In this document: positions 9,183-19,152 of the stretch, in pieces
How the letters are laid out: every line of letters starts with the position of its first letter
Position numbering within the stretch: the stretch's first letter is position 1
Assembly: GCA_041658725.1 (NCBI GenBank)
Contig: JBAZZQ010000004.1
Coordinates: 3,437-67,436, forward strand
Length of the DNA: 64,000 nucleotides
Direction: 5' to 3'
Origin: Phycisphaerae bacterium
GTDB lineage: Bacteria > Planctomycetota > Phycisphaerae > JAAYCJ01
The notes under the pieces: model-generated
What the model saw: only the letters and a program-made list of their open reading frames with translations
Database searches by the model: none
What the model was told of the DNA's origin: nothing
Made by a program: the position numbers and the translations under genes

Positions 9183-10334
9183 ATGAATACAGGACAACTT
9201 TTTGGTCAGACATCGTTTATTCCCCGCGACGGGTTGCGGGTGGTGGTTACCGGACAGGTTGGAATCGACAAACAGCCGTTTTTGGAAGAGGTAATTCAAC
9301 TGGCGGCCCAGAATGGGATTAAGGCGAAACTGTTTAACGTCGGTGAAATGATGTACAAGGAATCGCCGGATGTGGCGGCGGGGCGGATTCTGGATTTGCC
9401 GATTTCACGGCTGAGCGCCATTCGCCGGGCGGTGTTTCGCGATATCCTCACCGAGGCGGAGCGTACGGACAATATCATCGTCAATACGCACGCGACATTC
9501 CGCTGGCGGCATGGACTTTTTCCAGCCTTCGATCATGACCTGATCCTGCGATTTGCCCCGAATATGTTTATCACGCTGGTGGATAACGTGGATTCGGTGC
9601 ACCTGCGGTTGATTCAGGATCACAATTCCGATCATTCGCTCAAGGACCTGCTGGTGTGGCGGGAAGAGGAAATTCTGGCCACCGAGGTGCTGGCGACGGT
9701 AACGCGGGGATTCGGCTGTTTTTATATGGCAGCCCGCGGCCAGACGTTCCGCAACGTCGAATCGTTTTACCGGCTTATTTTCGCGCCGAAGTTCAAAAAG
9801 GTGTATACGAGCTTTCCGATGACCCACCTTCACGATCATCCCAATCTGCAGGACGAGATAGATCGTTTCCGGCGGGTGATGTCGGACCATTTCATCTCTT
9901 TCGATCCGGGCGATCTCGAGGAAAAGCAGTTGCAGGATTACGGCGTCAAGGCGGCGGAGGAAAACCGCCGATACGTGAACATCAACGTTTTGGGTCAGGA
10001 CGTACAATTCGAGGTGGCCCAGCTTTTGGAGGCGGCGGGTGACATCAACGGCCAGATTTACGCCAGGGATTTTAAATTCATCGAGCAGTCGGACATGATC
10101 GTCAGCTACATTCCGACAAACGACGCGGGCAAGCCGCTGATCTCCAGCGGTGTCGAACGCGAACTCCAACATGCCCACGAAAGCGCGAAAGAAGCTTACG
10201 TAATCTGGACCTCCAAAACCCCGCCCAGCCCGTTCATCACTGAAACCGCAACCCGTGTCTTTGCCAACCTCGACCAGGCCATGGCGCATTTTCAATCCAA
10301 AAGATACATCAAGTCTTATCAGAGGCAAATATAA
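9183..10334 (+). CDS. Two-domain hypothetical protein: kinase-like N-terminus with degenerate P-loop plus nucleoside 2-deoxyribosyltransferase-like C-terminus
   Basis: VVVTGQVGIDKQ sits where a GxxGxGK[ST] loop would be. The C-terminus DFKFIEQSDMIVSYIP...SSGVERELQHAHESAKEAYVIW resembles the NDT-like fold pattern. The assignment is by eye only. Confidence 0.3.
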   Translation: MNTGQLFGQTSFIPRDGLRVVVTGQVGIDKQPFLEEVIQLAAQNGIKAKLFNVGEMMYKESPDVAAGRILDLPISRLSAIRRAVFRDILTEAERTDNIIVNTHATFRWRHGLFPAFDHDLILRFAPNMFITLVDNVDSVHLRLIQDHNSDHSLKDLLVWREEEILATEVLATVTRGFGCFYMAARGQTFRNVESFYRLIFAPKFKKVYTSFPMTHLHDHPNLQDEIDRFRRVMSDHFISFDPGDLEEKQLQDYGVKAAEENRRYVNINVLGQDVQFEVAQLLEAAGDINGQIYARDFKFIEQSDMIVSYIPTNDAGKPLISSGVERELQHAHESAKEAYVIWTSKTPPSPFITETATRVFANLDQAMAHFQSKRYIKSYQRQI

Positions 10335-10338
10335 GATT

Positions 10339-10385
10339 TTTTAGCCACGAATTACCCGAATGGGTACGAAGATAAAACATAAAGA
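10339..10385. repeat. Short dispersed repeat ttttagccacgaattac-cg-atgg (copy 1 of 2)
   Basis: It matches 27817-27860. Both copies begin at or next to a stop codon. Confidence 0.6.
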
Positions 10386-10413
10386 GCAGAGATCGGACGG
10401 TTACATTCGGTTG

Positions 10414-11058
10414 TTATACGGTAGGGGCATCGGTCTCGGTCACCCATTCCATATAGTCTCCTGATGCTTCCATCGGACCGTAGCCATCATCTGGATATGG
10501 AAGTTGATGGTTAATGCGTCGCAGAAACTTCAAATAGTTTCGAATATCTGTGAGCAAATCCATGTGGTTGCCGATGTCACGTTTTTTGAATGCGTGTATC
10601 GCATTGCGGCGATACTGGATTCTTTCTATCCAAGGGTCCCAATTATCTGACGCAACGGTACACCAAATTCGTTTCTTGAAGAAACACCGTAACTTTTCAA
10701 ATTTTAAGTTATCTGGATTTTGAATTGGGCCTTCACACTGAATTGCGTCAACATCGCCTTTATAATCGTTGTACCAAACAGAAAGAAAAAGCTTAAGGGA
10801 GCCTTCGACCATAGCGCCAAGATTTGCGTATCCGAGGATTTGCCACGCTGGTGCATCTTCGGATGTTGGTGATTGTACCCAAATGCGAAGCGAGTGTGAA
10901 AGAGACACCTGCCAGTTGAGTTGCGCCTTAGAAAGAATCGCGTCTACATTGTTGGGTGCCCAGCCACAACTATTGGACCAGAATTTTTCAAGTCCGTCGT
11001 TCAGATGGATAATCCGATTAATTATGTCCTCAATTGGTAAATTGTCTGTAAACATCAT
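10414..11058 (-). CDS. Hypothetical protein with a HEPN-like Rx4H motif
   Basis: RRNAIH lies in a predicted helical C-terminal half. The gene is AT-rich and sits 28 nt downstream of the protease-TPR gene. Confidence 0.35.
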   Translation of the reverse strand: MMFTDNLPIEDIINRIIHLNDGLEKFWSNSCGWAPNNVDAILSKAQLNWQVSLSHSLRIWVQSPTSEDAPAWQILGYANLGAMVEGSLKLFLSVWYNDYKGDVDAIQCEGPIQNPDNLKFEKLRCFFKKRIWCTVASDNWDPWIERIQYRRNAIHAFKKRDIGNHMDLLTDIRNYLKFLRRINHQLPYPDDGYGPMEASGDYMEWVTETDAPTV

Positions 11059-11086
11059 ATCTGCAATCTACAACAACCAAGACAAC

Positions 11087-12709
11087 TCAGGGAGCCGTTG
11101 ATTGCCTTAAAAAAATGCGACACTGTTCAATACTTTCCCTTGCCCATTCCTTGGGTCCACCAACCTTTATTACTTCTTCATATTCACTGATTGCTTTTGC
11201 ATACATCCCTCCTTTTTTATAGGCATCCGCAAGGCCCCAATGATAAATGAAACTTTTGGGAGCTAGTTTGATCGCAGCCTGAAAAGCTCCGATTGCGTTT
11301 TCTATATCTTTTAATTGGATATACGTATATCCAAATTGTTTATAAATATCAGGATTTCTTGGCTGCAAATCCAAAGCCGTCTGGAAATCCTTAATGGCTG
11401 CCTTTCGACGACCTAAGTAACCATAAGCTTCTCCTCGAACCATATAAGCCTGTGAACATCGAGGTACAAGGCGAGCCAATAATTCTGCTGAGACGAGGGC
11501 TTCCGGATACTGTTCATAGTCCATATAGCATTTACTTAATTGATACAAGGCTGGCGAAAAGTCCGGTTTCAATTCGCTTGACTTTTTAAATGCATCGATT
11601 GCCTCTTCAAGATTCGATTTATCATGATACAATTCAAAACACATGCAATGAATCTTGCCCAAAAGAAAATGAACCCCATATTCAAAATCAGTAGAATCTG
11701 CCTTTAACGCCGCGTTCATAAGTCTAATTGCCGAATCGTAATCATTGATAGTTGTATTAGCGTCCAACTTTACAGATTCATAAGCCTTTTTGCCTTTAAA
11801 ATATAACCCCAGTTGCTCATCATCTTTAGGGCCTCTTTTGTGATTGATCCAGTATTTTGTAATTGCCTGAGATTCAGCGTCTGAATCTTCCTCTTCAATG
11901 CTGGAGCCTTTCCATAACGGTTTAGGATTTCTGGGGTTCTCAAGCAATCGTTTAATCTCGCATGAGGGAATGGCAAAATTTAAATTCTGACCGTCTGCAA
12001 GATAAGACGTGATTACACCGACTACTGCTCCGTCAGCAGTAAGAAGTGGTCCCCCACTTGATCCATGACTGATGGGCGCGGTAAATTGTAACCATCTGCG
12101 TTTTCCATTTTCATCTCGACGTCCACTGACCAATCCCTCGCTAAGACTATTGGTTAGTCCCTCGGGACTTCCGACTGTATAAATTTTCGTGCCGATGGGA
12201 AGCATGTAATTGGTATTTACTGTAAGAACTTTGGGAGGATAGATTGAGGATGATTTACTTTTTATGGTTTCTTTATTCAAAATAGATGAAATTTCGGGAC
12301 TCAAAACATCGATTACCGCTAAATCCTGAGATTCATCTGATGAGATAAGATCGTCAACCAAAAGTCGAGTCCCGTCCGCCATAATAATATCCGCATTAAC
12401 GGCAGGTCGTATCACATGATAATTGGTAATGACAACAGATCGTAAAAATACTCGACCTTTGATTTTTTCATCAAGCGCAACAAAGAACCCTGATCCTGTC
12501 AGTATCTGATGTTTGTTATCGTCTTTTACGACAATCTTCACAACGGATGGAGAGACTTTTGCAAAAAGTTCTTCTGGGGTTAGCACAGACTTGGCTATTG
12601 ACGTTTGGCTTTTGTTTTCGTGTTCGGTTTTCTTTTGTGTTTGTGATATAGCGGTTCCATACGCAGTAATAAGAAAAAAGAAAATCAATACGAAGTTGTT
12701 TTTAGTCAT
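11087..12709 (-). CDS. Secreted trypsin-like (S1C) serine protease fused to TPR repeats
   Basis: The signal-like N-terminus is MTKNNFVLIFFFLITAYGTA. It has TNYHV, DLAVI and HGSSGGPLL catalytic-triad contexts, and C-terminal TPR-like repeats (AIxxFxxALxLxP). Confidence 0.75.
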   Translation of the reverse strand: MTKNNFVLIFFFLITAYGTAISQTQKKTEHENKSQTSIAKSVLTPEELFAKVSPSVVKIVVKDDNKHQILTGSGFFVALDEKIKGRVFLRSVVITNYHVIRPAVNADIIMADGTRLLVDDLISSDESQDLAVIDVLSPEISSILNKETIKSKSSSIYPPKVLTVNTNYMLPIGTKIYTVGSPEGLTNSLSEGLVSGRRDENGKRRWLQFTAPISHGSSGGPLLTADGAVVGVITSYLADGQNLNFAIPSCEIKRLLENPRNPKPLWKGSSIEEEDSDAESQAITKYWINHKRGPKDDEQLGLYFKGKKAYESVKLDANTTINDYDSAIRLMNAALKADSTDFEYGVHFLLGKIHCMCFELYHDKSNLEEAIDAFKKSSELKPDFSPALYQLSKCYMDYEQYPEALVSAELLARLVPRCSQAYMVRGEAYGYLGRRKAAIKDFQTALDLQPRNPDIYKQFGYTYIQLKDIENAIGAFQAAIKLAPKSFIYHWGLADAYKKGGMYAKAISEYEEVIKVGGPKEWARESIEQCRIFLRQSTAP

Positions 12710-12947
12710 AATTTCATCCCATCTTGCTGGTTCAATTGAACTTAAAGTGTTGTTCAATAACATATTAATCAATTAAAGTTCCCTTGTGAAGCAAGAAACT
12801 ACCATTTTAAGTATCCGTGCTGAATATCCAGTGTCGAAGAGAGAAAGGATGCTGGCTACTTGCTACTTCTTCGGGTGTCGGATAAGATGACATTTCATTG
12901 CAAAAGGCAAATTGCAAATATTAAATTGCAAAAGGAGTTTTACTACA

Positions 12948-13475
12948 ATGGTTTTTTCTGACCCGGCGGCGATTGAATTGCTGGTGCTGGACGTGGACGG
13001 AGTGCTCACGGCGGGCGAGGTGATTATTCAGGATACCGGGAGCCTCGTTTATCATTTTAATGTTCAGGACGGATCGGCGATTAAATATTGGCAGCGGAGC
13101 GGCGGGAAGATCGCGATTATCACCGGACGATCGTCGAACGCTGTTACTGTTCGGGCGAAAGAGCTTGGGATTGAGTTGGTTTATCAAGGCGCACTTCGTA
13201 AAATAGAATCGTACCGGAAATGTCTGGCCGAGGCCCGCGTGGAGCCGAAACACGTTTGCTGCGTGGGCGACGATCTGCCGGATTTGCCTTTGCTTTTGAA
13301 CTGCGGATATCCGGCGGCGGTGGCCAATGCCGTCAAAGAAGTCAAGGACCGGGCGGCGTATGTGACTGCGCGGACCGGCGGGTCCGGTGCGGTGCGTGAG
13401 GTGATTGAATTATTACTTACGGCCAAAGGTCAATGGTCGGCGATTGTGGAAGGATACCTCGAGCAAAAAGTATAG
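12948..13475 (+). CDS. kdsC: 3-deoxy-D-manno-octulosonate 8-phosphate phosphatase (HAD family)
   Basis: It has HAD motif I (LVLDVDGVLT), IITGR and CCVGDDLPDL. An AAAGGAG RBS precedes the ATG at 12948. Confidence 0.8.
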   Translation: MVFSDPAAIELLVLDVDGVLTAGEVIIQDTGSLVYHFNVQDGSAIKYWQRSGGKIAIITGRSSNAVTVRAKELGIELVYQGALRKIESYRKCLAEARVEPKHVCCVGDDLPDLPLLLNCGYPAAVANAVKEVKDRAAYVTARTGGSGAVREVIELLLTAKGQWSAIVEGYLEQKV

Positions 13476-13558
13476 GCGCTAGCAAATAGAAGCAGTGGTC
13501 GTGCCGACCACTGCTAAACTGCCTCGGGCGAAAGTTTATAGGTACGGAGTAAACGAGA

Positions 13559-16500
13559 ATGATACGACGAATACTACTGGCGGTTATCTCGCTGGTGATT
13601 ATTTTGGCCTGCTATATGCTTTATACGACGCTGTTCGCGCCGCCGGTGGTGGATGAACAGGTTCAGCCGGAGGAACATATCAAGATACCGGCAAGGGCTA
13701 GGACGACAGTGCCGGTCAAACCGATGAATCTCAGTTCACCGGAAGACGTGATGATGGGTGGGGCGGGGGAGAAACCGAAATTCGAGCGATATTCCCGGAA
13801 TCGTTTGCTGTACCAGTTTCAATCGGATCACTGGAAACCGGTCGGATCGGGCACGGGACGATTCTCTCTGGATAAACCTGAGCTGAGATTGTTTTTGCGA
13901 GGGGGACAACTTTTACATGTTTCCGCCGCGGAAGGGGAGATTGAAACAGAGCAAAGCAAGACTGCGAAAATGGATCCACGACGGGGAGAGCTTCGCGGGA
14001 AGGTTCATATTTTTATCGACCGTGGGACGGATCCGAACCGGTCAGCGCCGGAACTTCGACCGGCGGATGTTCTTCATATCTGGCTTGATAAGGTCAAATT
14101 CGACCTGGTCCAGAACATTATTGAAAGCGATAGTCCGATCAAAGTGGAGTCGGACGAGGTGGAACTTGTCGGCCAGGCCCTGACCATCACCTGGGACGCG
14201 TTGACCAACCAGATCGAGGAGATTACGATCAAGCGGGGCGAAAAATTGGTTTTACGGCAGGGGTTCGACATGATCAGCCCAGACATGCCGTTTTCGCAAG
14301 GGAAGAAAAAGGAAGGAAAAGGGAACAACTTTTTCGGAGTTGGCGGGACCGCTGCCAGTCGGGATTTGGGGAGCAGGATGCTGCTTAGCCGCGGAACCGT
14401 GGCCAAGTCTGACATTATATTCCCCCGGAAAAAACAGCAAGAGCCAACGACCGCTTCGACCGCTCCTTCAGTAACGAAACATAAAAAATCAACCACACAA
14501 TCGACCCAGCCTCGGATCAGCAAATCCTACGATCTTGTTTTTACCAGCGATGTAAAGATTTTCCAGTACGACGGCAGGCAGTTGACGGGAAAGATGAACT
14601 GCGATAGTCTGCACGTCCTTTTTGATCTTCCCCACGGGTCAGAAGATAATGGTCTGACGACCCGGCCCGCGAAGAAAAATCGCGAAACGGTCAAGGACGA
14701 TAATAAACGGCTTGAAATTTTCTGGGAAGGTCCGCTTCAGATGCTGCCCGCCAATCTGCCCTATTCAGCGGTCCGGCGCTTTCATATCGTGGCGCTGGGT
14801 CAGCCCATTCAGATCGATCAGGCCCAGCAGGGAACAGTGCGATGTAAGAAGATGACGTATTTCCAGGAATCCAAACAGCTCTGGCTGGACGGGACGACGG
14901 ACGAACCGGTAAACGTTTCGCAGGGCGCGGATCGGACGATTGTCGCCGCACATTTGCTCTATGATCGCAAGCTGGGTATCGTTTCGGGCAAAGGTCCGGG
15001 ATTCATGCAACAGCAGCAATCGAGTTCTACCAAGCCTGCTTCCGAACCGCAGGGAGATATGCTTTCACTGGGCGACCTGCAATCCGGCCGACAGAAGATG
15101 ATGGTGTTGTGGAAAGAAGGGTTCAAGTTAAATTTCGGTGAATTTGAAAAAGTCGACGCCACCACCGGTCAAAAGAGCGTCAAGCAATATATCAAACGTG
15201 CGGAATTCAAAGGTTCAGCCCGGATGCAAAGGCCTGGTGAGATTATGGCAGGCGACGAGGTGGTTCTGAATTTCCTTACGCCAGGCACGAACGATACTTC
15301 AAATGAAAAGATCAGCACATTTCACGCCGAACGGAACGTAACGTTGCAATCGGACTCCCAGCAGATCAACTGCGATTGGCTGGACGTGGAGTTCGGGGAT
15401 GGCACTTTTGGGTGGATACCGAAATTGGCTAAGGCGAAGGGTCACGTGATGGCGAAGGAAAATCGGCGAGTGATCGAGGCCGATGTTCTGGTGGCGATCA
15501 TGGAAGACAAAAAGGTTCTACCCACGACGATGGCAAAGAGGCACGACCGTGAGGGAGTGAATATTTCCAAATCCAAGACGCGAATCGTTCTGCGTGAAGT
15601 GGACGCCAGCGGGAACGTAACCATTCGCGATCCGGATCAGCCGATGAGCGTCGATAGTCAAAAGATGCATGCTATTCTCGATCCCGACGGCGCGATTCGC
15701 TGGTGCTACCTGGAAGGAACGGACCGGAATTGGGCCAAGGCGGTCTTGAAGGATTATGCCCTCTCCGGGGAAAAAGTTACGATGGACATGATGACCGAGC
15801 AGATCGACGTTCCAGGCCCGGGCGAGTTGCAGTTTGTCAATCGCCAGGATATCGAAGGGAGCAAAACTTCCAAACCGGTTCCCATAGCGATCAGTTGGGC
15901 GGATTCGATGAAGATGACGGGCGGGACTAAGAATCAGGGCACATTTCTGGGCGATACGAAAGTGCGAAGCAATCAGACAACGCTATACTGCGCCCGAATG
16001 CTGGTGGATTTTGCGAACACTGATTTGCCGGAAAATCCGTCGGCCAAGCCCGCCGGCAATACGAGTACAGACCGCTTCTGGATATTCTCGCGTCTTCTCG
16101 GCAAATCCACGGGTGAGATCAAACCGAGTGTGCAATTACCGATAGCCCGCAAACGTCCGACGTATATTCAGGCGTTTGCCGACACGGGAAAACAGATCAT
16201 CATTCAATACCTGGTTAAAGAAGCCGCTAAGCCTCTAAGCCGAACGACGCTTTGGGGAAACGAATTGACGTTGGACCTGGCGGCCAATCGGATGAATATT
16301 CCCGGACCGGGCAAATTCTTTATCGAAGATTACCGTTTGCCTGGACACGGGTCGCCCAAACCCGATAAAAAGGCTTCCGGTGGAGCGAATGTTCCGGAGT
16401 TGAAAGACCCATTCGGAGGGGATATTCAATCGGCGGGTCCGTCGCAAACGGCCTTTACTTGGCAGACGGGTCTGACTTATCTGTTGGATACACGAACCGC

Positions 16501-16900
16501 TATTTTTGACGGGTCAGTGCGAATGCTGCACGTGGCGGGAGCGAAAACGGCGAATCGTCAGAGCACGCTAACATGCGAGAATCTAAAAGCGGAATTTTTG
16601 CGAGGCGGATTCGGTTTTACCGACCAGGCCTCCGGCGCGTCTGAACTTAAGAGCGTGGTGGCCACCGGAGCGGTCAATTTGCAGGACAAACCACGGTCGG
16701 TGATCGCCCAACGGTTGATGTATAATCGCGCGGATAATATGATCGCGGTGTACGGCAGCGAGAAGGAACCTGCCTATCTATACGAGGAAAACGACCAAAC
16801 CGGTCAATACAGCATGTGGACCGGCCCATGGATCATGTGGGACCGAAGCACCAATGAAATCCGATGTCCCAACGCTAAAGTGATAACCACGTTAAAATAA
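13559..16900 (+). CDS. Large (1113 aa) membrane-anchored protein, possibly with LptC/LptA (OstA-like) beta-jellyroll modules
   Basis: It has a single N-terminal TM helix and sits immediately after kdsC. N- and C-terminal segments follow the alternating pattern seen in LptC/LptA. This is an inference, not a search result. Confidence 0.4.
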   Translation: MIRRILLAVISLVIILACYMLYTTLFAPPVVDEQVQPEEHIKIPARARTTVPVKPMNLSSPEDVMMGGAGEKPKFERYSRNRLLYQFQSDHWKPVGSGTGRFSLDKPELRLFLRGGQLLHVSAAEGEIETEQSKTAKMDPRRGELRGKVHIFIDRGTDPNRSAPELRPADVLHIWLDKVKFDLVQNIIESDSPIKVESDEVELVGQALTITWDALTNQIEEITIKRGEKLVLRQGFDMISPDMPFSQGKKKEGKGNNFFGVGGTAASRDLGSRMLLSRGTVAKSDIIFPRKKQQEPTTASTAPSVTKHKKSTTQSTQPRISKSYDLVFTSDVKIFQYDGRQLTGKMNCDSLHVLFDLPHGSEDNGLTTRPAKKNRETVKDDNKRLEIFWEGPLQMLPANLPYSAVRRFHIVALGQPIQIDQAQQGTVRCKKMTYFQESKQLWLDGTTDEPVNVSQGADRTIVAAHLLYDRKLGIVSGKGPGFMQQQQSSSTKPASEPQGDMLSLGDLQSGRQKMMVLWKEGFKLNFGEFEKVDATTGQKSVKQYIKRAEFKGSARMQRPGEIMAGDEVVLNFLTPGTNDTSNEKISTFHAERNVTLQSDSQQINCDWLDVEFGDGTFGWIPKLAKAKGHVMAKENRRVIEADVLVAIMEDKKVLPTTMAKRHDREGVNISKSKTRIVLREVDASGNVTIRDPDQPMSVDSQKMHAILDPDGAIRWCYLEGTDRNWAKAVLKDYALSGEKVTMDMMTEQIDVPGPGELQFVNRQDIEGSKTSKPVPIAISWADSMKMTGGTKNQGTFLGDTKVRSNQTTLYCARMLVDFANTDLPENPSAKPAGNTSTDRFWIFSRLLGKSTGEIKPSVQLPIARKRPTYIQAFADTGKQIIIQYLVKEAAKPLSRTTLWGNELTLDLAANRMNIPGPGKFFIEDYRLPGHGSPKPDKKASGGANVPELKDPFGGDIQSAGPSQTAFTWQTGLTYLLDTRTAIFDGSVRMLHVAGAKTANRQSTLTCENLKAEFLRGGFGFTDQASGASELKSVVATGAVNLQDKPRSVIAQRLMYNRADNMIAVYGSEKEPAYLYEENDQTGQYSMWTGPWIMWDRSTNEIRCPNAKVITTLK

Positions 16901-17043
16901 TCGTTTCACGGTGACTCTCCAAAAATCGACAACCGTTCAGGAAGGGCATGGTCAAATTAAATGGATCGGCGCCAGGATACCTTTTCACTCCATTCAACCG
17001 GTCTGGGAATAGCAATCTCATCCATCTCCGTATGGGACCATCG

Positions 17044-17072
17044 GGCGGCTGGGAAAGGCCGCCTTTTTTTTT
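17044..17072 (+). terminator. Rho-independent terminator
   Basis: The stem ggcggc/gccgcc is followed by a run of 9 T. Confidence 0.7.
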
Positions 17073-17250
17073 GTACGCCCTCCGAAAATTCTTTTGAAGT
17101 TCTTTTTCCATTATTCTTTTTGTGGCAAAGGCTGATAAACCCTTTGAGATTTCAGGATTTTTTTACTTGGTAATGATCCTTTGTTATGGTTATACTGCCG
17201 GCTTTTATGAGTTAATACGCTTAAACGAGCAAAGAAAAAGGAACACAAAG

Positions 17251-17895
17251 ATGAAATCCGCATTATTCGTCTGGGGGGGCTGGCTTGGCCACGAGCCCCA
17301 GCAAACCGTCGAGCGCATGGCTGGCATCTTGAAACAGGAAGGTTTCCGCATCGAGCTATCAGACAACCTGGATGCTTTTACGGACGAGGCTCGACTTAAG
17401 GAACTTCACCTGATCGTCCCCTGTTGGACGATGGGGCAGATAACGAAAGAACAAAGCACGGGCTTGCTGGGTGCCGTTAAGAGCGGAGTGGGTCTGGCTG
17501 GCTGGCATGGTGGAATGTGCGACGCCTTCCGCGACAACGCCAGCTATCAGTTCATGACTGGCGGACAGTGGGTCGAGCACCCCGGTGGGATCATTGACTA
17601 TACCGTCAATATCGTCAACCATGATGACCCCATCACCCTGGGGATCAAAGACTTCCGGATGCGTTCCGAGCAATATTACCTGCTGGTCGATCCTTCAAAT
17701 GAAGTCTTGGCCACCACAAGGTTCTCCGGTGAGCCTTATGCGTGGATTAACGGTTGTGTTATGCCACAAGTCTGGAAGCGCCACTATGGGCAGGGGAAAG
17801 TCTTTTTCAGTGCCCTGGGACACGTGGTCAAAGATTTTGACGTCTATGAAGTCTCCGAGATCATGAAGCGGGGAATGCTCTGGGCTTGTCGATAA
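17251..17895 (+). CDS. ThuA-domain protein
   Basis: [16 protein letters not shown]...GWHGG...GQWVEHPG follows the ThuA-like pattern. It is adjacent to a Gfo/Idh/MocA oxidoreductase, a common pairing. Confidence 0.7.
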   Translation: MKSALFVWGGWLGHEPQQTVERMAGILKQEGFRIELSDNLDAFTDEARLKELHLIVPCWTMGQITKEQSTGLLGAVKSGVGLAGWHGGMCDAFRDNASYQFMTGGQWVEHPGGIIDYTVNIVNHDDPITLGIKDFRMRSEQYYLLVDPSNEVLATTRFSGEPYAWINGCVMPQVWKRHYGQGKVFFSALGHVVKDFDVYEVSEIMKRGMLWACR

Positions 17896-17915
17896 CTAGA
17901 AAAAGGAACAAAGTG

Positions 17916-19025
17916 ATGATGAAAACAAAAACTAAAATCGGAGTCGTCGGCTGCGGCAACATCTGTGCCGCGTATTTTTCCATGGCGAGAAACTTTGAGA
18001 TTCTCGAATTAGCCGCCTGCGCGGACCTCGATCCGGACCGGGCCAAGGCCAAAGCCTCGGAATTTAACATTCCCAGGGTGTGTAGTGTCAAGGACCTGAT
18101 GGCGGACCCGGACATCGAAATCATCTTGAACCTGACGATCCCCAAAGCCCATGCCGAGATTGCCTTTCAGGCCATCGAGGCCGGCAAGAGTGTTTACAAC
18201 GAAAAACCTCTGTCCGTCACGCGTGACGAGGGTCTAAAGATACTTCAGTTGGCGAAAGCCAAGGGTGTTCGCGTCGGGGCCGCCCCGGATACTTTTCTTG
18301 GCGCTGGTCTGCAAACATGCCGCAAACTGATCGATGATGGATGGATCGGACGACCGGTGGCCGCTACTGCCTTCATGATGTGTCATGGTCATGAACGTTG
18401 GCACCCGGCCCCCGACTTCTATTATCAGGTCGGAGGCGGACCGATGTTTGATATGGGTCCATACTACCTGACCGCGCTGATTAACCTGTTGGGTCCGGTC
18501 CGGCGGGTGACCGGCTCGGCCCAAATTACGTTTCCCGAGCGCACCATCACCAGTCAGCCCAATGCCGGCACAAAGATTAAGGTCGAAACCCCCACGCATT
18601 TGGTAGGGGTCCTGGACTTTGCCTCCGGGGCCGTTGTTACGCTTACTACTAGTTTCGACGTTTGGGAACATGATTTACCCTGTATCGAGATATTCGGGAC
18701 GGAGGGGTCGCTTAAGGTTCCCGATCCCAACACCTTCGGCGGCCCGGTTCTTATCCGCCGTCCGGGCGACAAAGAATGGGTCCAAATCCCTCTGACGCAT
18801 AAGTACGAAAAAAATTATCGGTCGATCGGCTTGGCCGACCTGGCCTGTGCCCAACGCGCCGGCCGACCGCACCGCGCCAACGGCGATATGGCTTACCATG
18901 TCCTGGACATCATGCACGCCGTCCTCGAGACGTCCCGTGAGGGCAGACACATTGATCTGGCCAGCACCTGTGATCGTCCCGCCCCGTTGCCCATGCACTT
19001 GCCGGAAGGGGTGCTGGATGGATAA
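17916..19025 (+). CDS. Gfo/Idh/MocA-family oxidoreductase
   Basis: It has an N-terminal Rossmann motif (IGVVGCGNI) and an EKPL motif. Confidence 0.85.
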   Translation: MMKTKTKIGVVGCGNICAAYFSMARNFEILELAACADLDPDRAKAKASEFNIPRVCSVKDLMADPDIEIILNLTIPKAHAEIAFQAIEAGKSVYNEKPLSVTRDEGLKILQLAKAKGVRVGAAPDTFLGAGLQTCRKLIDDGWIGRPVAATAFMMCHGHERWHPAPDFYYQVGGGPMFDMGPYYLTALINLLGPVRRVTGSAQITFPERTITSQPNAGTKIKVETPTHLVGVLDFASGAVVTLTTSFDVWEHDLPCIEIFGTEGSLKVPDPNTFGGPVLIRRPGDKEWVQIPLTHKYEKNYRSIGLADLACAQRAGRPHRANGDMAYHVLDIMHAVLETSREGRHIDLASTCDRPAPLPMHLPEGVLDG

Positions 19026-19152
19026 GACAGCAAGAGAGAAATGAGTTTCAGAAAACCGACCCTGCAGGACTCATAATCGAACGGCTTGCCGAAGAGCGGG
19101 AGCGCTGGAATGTGGCTGATCGGATTTATTTTTCAGCTACTATTCCGTCATC

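Noticed and set aside
16901-17043. The ~140-nt untranslated stretch between the 1113-aa gene and a strong terminator could be a small RNA or riboswitch.
   Set aside because: I recognise no known RNA motif in it (SRP, 6S, tmRNA or common riboswitch cores). It is most simply a 3' UTR. An Rfam scan could revisit this.
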